This document shows positions 27,040 to 37,190 of a stretch of 64,000 nucleotides of DNA, piece by piece. This stretch comes from Hemiscyllium ocellatum (taxonomy: Eukaryota). The notes beneath the pieces were generated by a model. That model was not told the DNA's origin. It saw only the letters and a program-made list of their open reading frames with translations, and ran no database searches. The position numbers and the translations under genes were made by a program. Each line of letters begins with the position of its first letter. The first letter of the stretch is position 1. The DNA is taken from positions 62,001 to 126,000 of the forward strand of contig NW_026867526.1 in assembly GCF_020745735.1 (NCBI RefSeq), read 5' to 3'.

Positions 27040-27912
27040 GTCGGTGGAGTTGTGGATAGTGAGGAAGGAAGTGGTAGGTTACAGCAGGATATAGATAAGT
27101 TGCAGAGCTGGGCGGAAATGTGGCAAATGGAATTCAATGTAGCTAAGTGCGAAGTCGTTCACTTTGGTAGGAATAACAAGATGATGGATTACTGGGCTAA
27201 TGGTAGGCTACTTGGTAGTGTGGATGAGCAGAGGGATCTTGGTGTCCATGTACACAGATCTCTGAAAGTTGCCACCCAGGTAAATAGTGCTGTGAGGAAG
27301 GCATATGGTGTACTGGGCTTTATTGGCAGAGGAATTGAGTTCCGGAGTCCTGAGGTCATGTTGCAGTTGTATAAGACTCTGGTGAGGCCTCATCTGGAGT
27401 ATTGTGTGCAGTTTTGGTCGCCATACTATAGGAAGGATGTGGAAGCTTTAGAACGAGTGCAGAGGAGGTTTACCAGGATGTTGCCTGGAATGGTAGGAAA
27501 ATCTTATGAGGAAAGGCTGAGGCACTTGGGGCTGTTCTCATTGGAGAAGAGAAGGTTTAGGGGAGATCTGATAGAAGTGTATAAGATGATTAGGGGTTTA
27601 GATAGGGTAGATACTAAGAACCTTTTACCGCTAATGGAGTCAGGTGTTACTAGGGGACATAGCTTTAAATTAAGGGGTGGTAGGTATAGGACAGATGTTA
27701 GGGGTAGATTCTTCACACAGCGGGTTGTGAGTTCATGGAATGCCCTGCCCGTATCAGTGGTGAACTCTCCTTCTTTGTGGTCATTTAAGCGGGCATTAGA
27801 TAGGCATTTGGAAGTTATTGGGCTAGTATAGGTTAGGTAGGATTCGGTCGGCGCAACATCGAGGGCCGAAGGGCCTGTACTGCGCTGTATCCTTCTATGT
27901 TCTATGTTCTAT
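27040..27912 (+). mobile_element. Young 5'-truncated CR1 LINE (ORF2 C-terminus open for 259 aa, (TTCTATG)n tail)
   Basis: ORF 27052-27831 WQMEFNVAKCEVVHFG...RPHLEYCVQFWSP; very similar to 58385-59255. Confidence 0.95.
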
Positions 27913-27914
27913 GT

Positions 27915-28930
27915 CCCTATTGGCACTCAGGAGACTGCCCCACCAACATGGCTATCACAGCATCCAATCCTGGCCACCAAACATAAATTCTTATCAACAT
28001 CCTAATTTTGGAAATCACAGGACGACCCTGCTGGAGCTGAAGAAGGGCTTATGCCTGAAACGTCGATTCTCCTGCTCCTTTGATGCTGTCTGACCTGCTG
28101 CGCTTTTCCAGCAACACATTTTTCAGCCTTGCTCCCCATATTAGTATGCAGTTTTCATTGGCCATCTGATCTCACCAGATCCACAAACGATTCAATCCTG
28201 CTTATGATGATCTTTTCGTTTCTAACACTGCAGTTGTTTCTTTTTTCTCACCAGTACGGGACCTTGTTCTAATCGGAGATTGTCAGAGATGACTGGAAGG
28301 GTGTGCAGAAAGTTTAAAACCAGAACAGACTTTTCCAGTGTATCCATCATTGGGAGTTGGCTTCAGGCATTAACCACTTGACCGCCTGCTTGGTGTTCCA
28401 ACTTGTAATTGTATGCAGTTAATAACAGCTAACGGCTGAATTTGACCAGAACCTAGAAGTGGGATGGCCCTGTCCTCTTCAGCTCATCTTAACAAGTGTT
28501 TGGGTCCATTACTCTTTCAAATGTATGCATAGAAAGGTATTGACTGAACTTTCTCACACAAAGATTCCTGCCAAACTTTGTTTCTCTATGCGATGCATCT
28601 TCATTTGGCATCAGCTGAAGTCTGGGAAACGTACACTAATCGGACAGTCCTCCCTGTTGAGCCATCGGTGAGCCAGACACTGGTACAGTATCGGAACGCT
28701 GCACATGTCAGCGACACATCTCACTGGGGATTATTCTTTGCCAAGACTTTAAACAATGAAATCCGTGTTTTCACTTGCCAAAAGGCTACTTCTTGGCAAC
28801 GTCACTATTTGTAAGGCTATCCCTTTCTGAATAGCATACCTAAGCTGCCAAAATGGAGGCTCGGTCATTTTCCGTAACAATTCACTAACCCAAGGAAAGA
28901 TCAAAGCTCAGATGCTGACATGGGAACAGA
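27915..28930 (-). mobile_element. Partial gypsy integrase/RNase H remnant interrupted by a Penelope-derived mini-element
   Basis: Collinear by eye with 11250-12200 (for example 'gactgccccaccaacatggct' and 'ggcattaaccacttgac'). Confidence 0.7.
28037..28127 (+). mobile_element. Penelope-derived mini-element with an intact hammerhead catalytic core but no stem I
   Basis: CUGAAGA-A-GGGC-UUAU-GCCU-GAAA-C-GUC at 28037-28064. It replaces about 45 bp of the gypsy integrase sequence. Confidence 0.7.
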
Positions 28931-29699
28931 GGAACCACAGGGAGGAGACAGTTGAGAAGGATTTTGGCAATGATTGACGTAAGGGATATTCCCCAGTAGT
29001 TACCACAGTCAGACATGTTCCATTTCTTTGAAAATATTCATGGTTGTGGCATCTGGGAGCTCCCCTAGGATATTCTACTCTGTCCAGACAGTCTTGTCAA
29101 TTTCGTCCAAGGCTTGGGTATTGCTTATAAGTTTTGGTCTGCAGACTGCTATGTGGACAGTAGATGACAATGACCTAGTTTTCACAGAGTCAGCTGCTTG
29201 AATGAGCAGTCAGGACTCCCTGATTGGACCAGATTCATAGCCCCAACTTGGGAAATTCTGTTCAATGATGTTCAGCTGGCTGACCTCGCTCCAATAATTA
29301 CTTTCCTCCACCTCGAAGTCCTAAGATTTATGCCTATTCTTCTTCCTGTGGCATCTCCTGGGATGTTTTCCCAACAGGTCGGGTTCCTCAAACTCTGGCT
29401 TGGATAGTGCTGGCGCATACCAGACTGTGACTGCCTCTTGCCCCTGGAGCATCTGACCAGACATTCATCATCGTCTGCCAGCAATGTTGTGACAGCTGCT
29501 GTGTCCATCTTTCCCCTCAGAGGTTTCTTCGACACTGGGAGGATGGGGAGAATTAACAGGTTTTGACAGCCTTGCCAGATATTCGGAGTGACCGGGTACA
29601 GTTTGCTCTTGGCCATTTGGAGAGGATGTGGTACTCTCTACATTGGTGGGACCAAACAAAGTAAAATAAGGGTCAGCCTGGCCCCTACTCACCATCCAT

Positions 29700-31160
29700 T
29701 TCAATTCCGCCTCCCACTCCCTCCCTTACACGTTAATTCTCGACCTCCATTGTCGCAGTGAATCAGGAGGAACACCGCATCTTCCACCTGGGCAGCCGAC
29801 AGCCTGGAGAACTCAACACAGTTCTCCAATTTCAAATAACCTGCCCACCCATGCCCCAAATCCCCTTTCACATTTATCCTTTTTGGTTGCAGGGTCCCAA
29901 GGCAGAATATGAGGCGTTTCTCCACCAGGTTTCGGCTGGTAATGGTTTAGCAGTGGAGAAGGCCCAGGACCTGCATGCCCTTGATGGAGTGGGCGAGGGA
30001 GTTGAAGTGTACAGCCACGGGACGATGAGGTTGGTGCATGCAGGTGTCCCAGAGATGTTCTCTGAAACGATCCGCAAGAAAACATCCTGTCTCCCTGATG
30101 TAGAGGAGACCACACCAGGTGCAACGGATGCAGTAGATGTTGCTGGTAGAGGTACAGTTAAATTTTTGACAGATGTGGAAGAATCCCTCGGGGCCTTGGA
30201 TGGAGGTGAGGGGAGTGGTGCGGCCATAGGTTTTGCACTTCCTGTGGTGGCAAGAAACAGTGCCAGGAGTGGGGTGTAGGCTAGTAGGGGACGTGGACCT
30301 GACGAGGGAGTCACGGAAGGAATGGTCTTTTTGGAAAGCTGATAGGGGTGGGGCGGGAAATATATTTCTGATTGTGGGGTCCATTTGGAGGTCCATTAGT
30401 TCAGTGGGACAAGTGCAGGTTGAGACAATGGGTCGACCAGTGCAGTCAGGTTTGAGTGTCTTAGGAAGGAGGTGGAATCAGGCAGTGCAGGGTTCATGGA
30501 CGTTTAGGTTAGAGTCTGTGGATGGGTGATCCCCAGAGATGATGAGATTGTGGATGGTCCGGGGGATAATGGCTTGGTGATGGAAAGTGAGGTCGTGAGC
30601 AAGGGGGCGGTCGGAGGCGGAGTCTGCAAGTTGGTGCCTGGCTTCAGTAGTGTAGAGGTCAGTGCACCACACGACTACTACGAACCCCACCACCCCCCCA
30701 CCCGCACGTTTGATGGTGAGGTTGGGGTTGGAGTGGAGGGAGTGGAGGACTGCATGTTGAGAGGGAAAGAGGTTGGAGTGAGTGAGGTGGTTGGACAAGT
30801 TGAGGCAGTCAATGTCATGGTAGCAGTTTGAAATGAAGAGGTCAAGCATAGATAACAGGCCAGCATGGGGTGTCCATGGATGTGGTGTGTTGAAGGCGGG
30901 ACAAGGGGGTTCCCCGTGGATGTGCAGGTGTCTCGGTTAAAAAAAAGTCAATACAGAGGCAGAGGAAGAAACACTCAAGATTGCAGCTTGTGTCGAACTC
31001 ATTAAACTGGGACCGTAGAGGGATAAAGGTGAGGCCTTTAGTGACGACGACACATTCGTCCCTAGTGAGGGGAAGGTCTGGAGGAATGGTGAAGACACCG
31101 CAAGGATGGGAGCTAGGACCCCAACTACCTCCCTCTCTATCTGTAGCACCCCTTACCCCC
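29700..31160 (-). mobile_element. Penelope-like element (GIY-YIG) with the RT core deleted; tail-to-tail with a small plus-strand PLE 3' fragment (29720-29850)
   Basis: NCTSTSNIYCIRCTWCGLLYIRETG...DRFREHL...PVAVHFNS is the GIY-YIG domain (ORF 29947-30396). Other pieces are EKRLIFCLGTLQP and the N-terminal VFTIPPDLPL...KGLTFIPLR. The motif LLPKTLKPDCTGRPIVS is joined directly to the endonuclease linker. Confidence 0.9.
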
Positions 31161-31164
31161 ACCC

Positions 31165-31201
31165 AGGTCCTGAAGAAGGGTTATACCTGAAACATTGACT
31201 T
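31165..31201 (+). ncRNA. Hammerhead ribozyme motif in the inverted pseudo-LTR of the Penelope element
   Basis: Stem I AGGUC/GACUU (5 bp), CUGAAGA 31170-31176, stem II GGGU/ACCU, GAAA 31189-31192, then C-AUU (probable CpG decay of C-GUU). Confidence 0.65.
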
Positions 31202-31789
31202 CTGCACCTCCCGATGCTGCCTGGTTTGCTGTGTTCTTCCAGCCTCCTGTTTGTCTACTTTGGATTCCAACATCTACAGGGTTTGTTTTATATAAAAGTC
31301 TCTCGCTAGTCACTGAAGCAGTATAAATTGTAATTGCACGGTGGGGTCTATGGAATTTTTGGAGATGTGGCTGAAGCCAAGGGAATTTCCTGAAAAATTG
31401 AAAATTCTGTCAGGGTAATCTCTGTGCAACTGGAAACTTTAACTTTCAGAGGATTCTAACTTACTCAAGCTTAATAATTACACAACAAAAAGTTCCGAGT
31501 TGAAAAACGTACTCCAACTGTTTGGTAATCGCGAAATCCACTTTATCTCTGGGCTCCAGAGCAACATTCCCATCCCACTCCCCCATTCCAACTCACACCC
31601 CCCACCCCATCCAGACTCCTCCACAACCCTCATCTGATCTGAACCCAACTCAACATCTTCCTCAGAGCCCACACTGACCCTGACCTTCTCTCCCTCACAC
31701 CCCACCGACTACACAATATTGTGCTGGTTGGAGTGGAAACCAGCCTCCCCCTTGCCCCCTCCTCAGGAGCTCACCCTGACATCTCACTG

Positions 31790-32020
31790 ACTGGAGCAGA
31801 CACGTTTCCCTCGCGACCACACCCAGCCCTGATGACGTCACTCACCACGTTCCAGAACTTTCCGTTAAACCGTGTAACCTTCCCGCTCTTGGCCAGAGCA
31901 TGCGCAGTAGGTGGTGGCCTGGGAGGGAACATGCGCAGTAAATGCCTTCCCCCGCCTGCCGTTCCTTGCCGAGAGCCGGCAGTGGCAGCGGTTGTTGAGC
32001 GGCGCTGGGTTTAGGATTAA
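31790..32020. promoter_or_regulatory. CpG-rich promoter-like island
   Basis: Full CRE TGACGTCA 31833-31840, CACCC box near 31818, two (G)CATGCGCAGTA NRF1-like sites at 31898-31908 and 31930-31940, MYB-like TAACGG (minus strand, 31862-31867), and many unmutated CpGs. Confidence 0.45.
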
Positions 32021-32139
32021 GTCGGTCAGTTATCAGGAGAACTCTGGTAATAAGGGAGGTAATGGATTTAAAGAGTGGAGATCCCCGGGATTTGCTCGTT
32101 ACCATCCGAGTGTGTTAAAGGAAATTCCCTCATTATAAT

Positions 32140-34330
32140 CATTGCAGAGTATTCTCGATCGGAAAATAACACCACTCCGAGGAAAACCAGGGACACACTG
32201 AGCAGTTAGTCTAAGTGTTGGAGTTTATCATCAGGGATGGGGTCACTGAATATCTTGTACATTTTTAAGTTAATCAATGAGCGTCATGACACGTAGGTCA
32301 TGCCTGACAAACTTCTGAATTGTTTGACGAGATGACTGAGGTCGGACATGGCAATGTCAACAGAGGCAGTGCTCACATGGACTACCAGGAGGCATTTGAT
32401 GAATCCCACATAATAGTCTTAGTCAGAAACCTATGAAATTGAAGGCAAATTACTGACATGGATGGATAATGGATAGGAACTCAGATTTGGCAGGATGTGA
32501 CCAGTGGTGTCCTGTTGGGATCTGTGTTTGGCTTCAGTTATTCACATTATTTATTGATTAATCGGACAATGACACAATGGCCATATATCCAAATTTGCTG
32601 ATGACACAATGTTAGGTATTCAAGGTTTGTGTAAAGATTTGTAGCTCAGGTGCCTTTTGCCATGGTTGTGGGTATGATCACTGAGCTGGGAAGTTGATTT
32701 GCAGACATTTTTGTCTCCTATCTAGGTGACAGCTTCAATGCATATTAGATGGCACTATAGACATGTACATCAGCGTTTCTCAACCTTTCCCTATTCAAAG
32801 CCCCCTTCTTATCCTTGAAATCATGCAACGCCTCCCAAAAGTAAAGCTTGAGTTCACATATAGTACTTGCATCAATTTGTACGGCAGTTTCTTTCAATAT
32901 CAAAAGGGAACATAATTTATCCTCAAGATTTGAGGCCATTTCATCGATGTACCTTCTCACGGAAGGTGGAAGAAGAATATGCTTGATAGTCGTTGATAGT
33001 TCCTGATGTAGCACAGTTGATAATATTTTGGCAATAGCTGGAAGCACCAACAATTCACGCACGGAATGAGGTTTACCACATTTTGCAATAAGCTTCGTTA
33101 TGTTGTATGATGCCACAAGGCCATCCACATTTGTGGCTCTGTCTTTGAAAAAGCAATGGAAATCGTTGGTTGTTGATTGAATTTATTCTTAATGCTTGAA
33201 AATATGCCAAATCTTCGTCCTTTTTGTCACTATTTCTTTTCCAAATGTTTAATAAGATAGGAGGGCTTCATGGCCTCATTGGAAAAACTTTGTTCACAGA
33301 CAGAGCAAGCACAGTGGTAATTGCTTATTAGATAGAGATTGAATAAAGCCATATCACAAATAGTCCATACTATACTGCATGCTATACTCCACTTTTTCTT
33401 ACTCAATGAGGCCATTTTTACACTGTCGCTCGAATACCCTAATGGAATCATGGGTATTACCTTATCACAATTATTTTAAGACGCTCAGACAAGTGGCAAA
33501 ATTTGATTGACTAATTAGCTGTAATGTGCATTCATTCTGCCACCCGAGCAGAATGCCATCTTAGAAACGACACGAGTTAGGTGATATTGATCTCAGCAGT
33601 AGAATCAGTGCCAACTGCGAACGAGTTCAAATGGTTTGCTATTCACGGAAAAGACTATCAATAATAGCTCAGGAACCAATCAGAGCGCACTCCTCCATGG
33701 GTGCAGGGAAAATAACAGACTCGTGTTATGCGACTGTCCATCTGCACCCAGCAATGTCCTTCAAGGACATGGCAGTCTTCCAAGTGATTGGTAAGTGCTC
33801 TACAAAGTCGTTCAGTGACCCCTTGCCGTCCCCTTTGACTTCAACGCCGACCGAAGGAAGGGAAACGCCCCTCAGGAGGCACTTCCACCCCCGTTGAGAA
33901 ACACTGGTGTACATGATGGCATAAAATTACAAGGGGATATTCATAGACTAGGTGGACGGGCAAAACTGTGATAGAGAGAGTTCAGTGTGAGTGTGAGGTA
34001 TCAATTTTGGACTGAAGGAGGATAGATCATGATGTTTTTCAAGATGGTATGAAGTTAAGTATAGTGGAAGTCCAAAGAGACTTTGGTTTTAGGTGAATAG
34101 ATCTTTAAAATGCCATGAATAGATGCAGAAAAAATTATAATCAAACACATGCCAGCTTTTATAACGAGAGGAAGACAGTACAAGGATGCAGAAGTTACGC
34201 TGTGAGTATTCAAAACTGTTCGAACCTTACCTGGAGTACTGAGAACAGATTTGGGCATCAGGTCTTAGGAAGGATACATTGGCTTGTAGTGAGTACAAAA
34301 TATGTTTACAAGAATGAGACTTGTAGTTTA
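32140..34330 (+). mobile_element. Old CR1 LINE fragment interrupted by a Penelope-derived end (about 32615-32745) and a hAT element
   Basis: 'ccaaatttgctgatgacacaatg' (SKFADDT) lies before the inserts and 'ttacaaggggatattcatagac' (LQGDI.R) resumes after 33914. Confidence 0.6.
32771..33906 (-). mobile_element. 1136-bp non-autonomous hAT (Buster/Charlie-type) DNA transposon
   Basis: TIRs CAGCGTTTCTCAAC (32771-32784) and GTTGAGAAACACTG (33893-33906); 8-bp TSD ATGTACAT/GTGTACAT with a central TA. Transposase remnants CSVCEQSFSNEAMKPSYLIKHL and ASYNITKLIAKCGKPHSVRELLVLPAI. Confidence 0.92.
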
Positions 34331-35950
34331 TTCACTCATGGGATGTGAGCTTTGTCGACTGGTGAGCACTTATTATCCCACCCGGGATGCCTTTGTGAAG
34401 ACGGTGGTAGTATGCCTTCTTGAATTGCTGCAGTTGATGTTGCTGGTTCATCCATCATAAGGTCAGAAGTGGGGATGTTCACTGATGATTGTAGAGTGTT
34501 TGGAATTGGCGACTCCTCAGATACTGAATAGTCCATGTTCAAATGCAACAAGATCTGTTCAATTTCCAGAATCAGGCTGACAAGTGACAAGTAATATTTA
34601 CACTAAACAAATGCAGGGCTATAACCATTACCAATAAAGACAATCTGACCATCATCCCCTGGTATTCAATTGTATTATCATCACCAAATCCCCAACTATC
34701 AACATCCTAGGCGTTACCATTGACCAGGAACTCAACTGGACTTGTCACACAAACACAGTGGCTATCGGAGCAGATCAGAGATTAGGAATCGTGTGGCAAG
34801 TAACTCAGGTTGTGACTCCCAAAGCCTGATCATTATCAATATGGCACAAGTCCGGAGTCGGTTGGAGGGCAACTTGCCTGGATGAGTGCAGCTCCCACAA
34901 TGCTGAGAAAGCTTGACATCATCCAGGACAGAACAGCCTGCTTCATTGGCTTTACATCCACTCCCTCTGCCACTTATGCTCAATAGCAGTAGTGTGTGCT
35001 GTCAACAAGATGCACTGCAGAAATTCACCAGAGATCCTCAGACATCACCTTCCAAAATCATGACCACTTGTATCTCAAAGGAGAAGAGCAGCACCATCAC
35101 CTTCAAGTTCCCTTCTTAACGTCCACTTAACAGTCTGACTTGGAAATACATTGCCTTTTCTTCCTTGTCATTGGGTTAAAATCATGGAATTCCCTTCCTC
35201 ATGTCAGTGTAGGTCAACCTACAACAGGTGAACTGCAGCGGTTCAAGAAGGCAACTCACCACCACCTCATCAACGACAACTAGGGACAGGCATAAAATGC
35301 TGGCCAGCCAGTGATGCCCACATACTACAAATGAATAAAAGGTCCATAAGCTGTTGGTGAATCCACAATGCACTTAGGGAAGAAATTCCAGGGTTTTGAT
35401 CCAGTGACTGAACAAATAGTAATATTTTTCCAATCCTGGATGGCAAGTCGTTTGGAGGGGAACTTGCTGGTGTTGGTGTTCCCATGAATCTGCTGCCCTT
35501 GTCATTCTCGAAGAAAGTGGTTTTACATGATGAATCATGTTAGGCACATATGAATTTGATTGTGATTGTTGGAGGCCAGTCACCTCAGCTCCAGGACGTG
35601 TCTTCAGGAGTTCCTCAGTGTAGTGTCTGAAGCCTAACCATCTTCAGCTGCACCATTAATGATGTTCCCTCGATTATAAGTGCAACTAAGGATCTTTGGT
35701 GAATTTGTGCAGTTCATGTTGTTGCAGTGTATCCTGGGTGCCTGGTATGACTTTACCCAGCAGAGAATTTGCCATCCACCCCTCATATTCCAGTTTTCCT
35801 ACAGCTCCTTGATGCCACACACAATTGAACATGGTCTTGATGTCAAGGGCTATCACTTTGGCTTCACCTCCATGTTTGAACCAAGGTTGTAATGAGGTCA
35901 GGGACCTATGTGGCCCTAGTGAAACCCAAACTGGGCTTCATTGAGCGGAT
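34330..35950. mobile_element. L2/Crack-like LINE fragments in mixed orientation
   Basis: Plus-strand translation-like motifs: GVPQ.SV..PTIFSC.INDVP near 35600, FTDDC near 34470, and SPTINILGVTIDQELNW near 34690. Inverted 3'-end pieces at about 34330-34445 and 35385-35520. Confidence 0.55.
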
Positions 35951-36392
35951 TATTACTTGACATTTTCTTGAGAATTTAGAAGGTTAAAGGATGATCTGAT
36001 TAAGGTCTTTATGATATTACCAGGAAAAGACAGAGTAAATTAAGATAAACTATTTCTACTGATTGGGGATTCTAGAATTAGGGTACATCGTCTGAGAATT
36101 AGGGCCTGACCACTCAGGAGAGATGTTCAAAAGCACTTCTACATACAAGGTGGGAGATATTTAGAACTTTTTTCTCAAATGGCAGTGAATGTTAGATTAG
36201 TTGATTTTCAATCTGTGATAGGTAACATTTTGTTATGAAGGGAGCTTTGGCACTTAGGTGTAGATAGGCTATGGCTTATAACAATTAATACGATATTAAC
36301 AAAATGCAAACTAACAATTTACACTATAAATCTAATGAACTGTCTTGTGCTTTAGCTTAACTCTAATTAACCTTAGGATGCTGACGTCAGCG

Positions 36393-36670
36393 TGTACAAG
36401 GGGGCATAACTACAAATTGAGGGTGATAGATTTAAAACAAATGTCAGAGGCAGGTTCTTTACGCAGAGAGTGGTAAGGGTGTAGAATGCCCTACCTGCTA
36501 ATGTAGTCAACTCAGCCACATTAGGGATTTAAACAATCCTTCGATAAGCACATGGATGATTTTGGGATAGTGGAACAAGCTGAGAGTAGTTCACAGGTCG
36601 GCGCAACATCGAGGGCCGAAAAGCCTGTTCTGCGCTGTATTGTTCTATGTTCTATGTTCTCTATGTTCTA
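36393..36670 (+). mobile_element. CR1 LINE 3' end
   Basis: gggggcataactacaaattgagg...tttacgcagagagtggtaagg...(ttctatg)n tail. Confidence 0.85.
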
Positions 36671-37190
36671 TAATCTACATGATGATGATCATCTAGTCAT
36701 CTTCTCCTGCTAGTTTCAGGCGTGTCTTCACGTGGTTGGTCTCAGGTTACCGCTCCTGAGGATGGTCTTGCAATGATCCTTACACTTTGAGGATTCTCCC
36801 AAAAGGGTATAAAGACTTCAGCATCCACCAATACATTGATCAGGAAGCCATCTCTAAGTAAGGGCTAAGGCACCCCTGCGTATAGTTAACAGCTTAATTT
36901 TTCCAGTTGTCCTGGGGATGATATTCAGGTAAATTCAACTCAATTGAAATTCAAGTGTATATTGTATTGTCTACAGCTGCTGAGTCAATTGTATACTGTC
37001 TGTCTGTAGCTGCAGTCTCCCTAGATTCTGCACTTTTGGTTAAAGTTTGTCTCAATTTCCCAGCATGCCTCACTTATTGTCCATTTCTCATAAGTCCACC
37101 ATTTTGAGTGGCCTGCCTGGCCACAAGGCCCTTCAGCTCTCCAAGTCTGCGCCAACTCATTTCGCCCTTCTATACTAAAACCGTCCTCAC

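Larger units (their letters stand above)
1..29620. repeat. Tandem macrosatellite-like array of a composite TE-mosaic unit (gypsy pol / CR1 fragment / spacer / Penelope end / RTE fragment), about 9 copies, variably deleted
   Basis: The anchor 'aacagctctgatgag...ttagcttgctctctctcatggatg' recurs at about 1932, 5881, 6858, 9550, 13366, 17573, 19147, 24299 and 26259. It keeps the same neighbouring blocks, order and orientation, although some copies have blocks deleted. Confidence 0.9.

Noticed and set aside
1-29620. Active or intact LTR retrotransposons
   Set aside because: No gag, protease, LTR pair, PBS or PPT was recognised, and every pol copy is broken by stops and frameshifts.
29758-30314. 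Plus-strand 146-173 aa ORFs, and most other 60-170 aa ORFs in the track
   Set aside because: They are antisense or shifted frames of TE remnants with no recognisable independent protein motifs.
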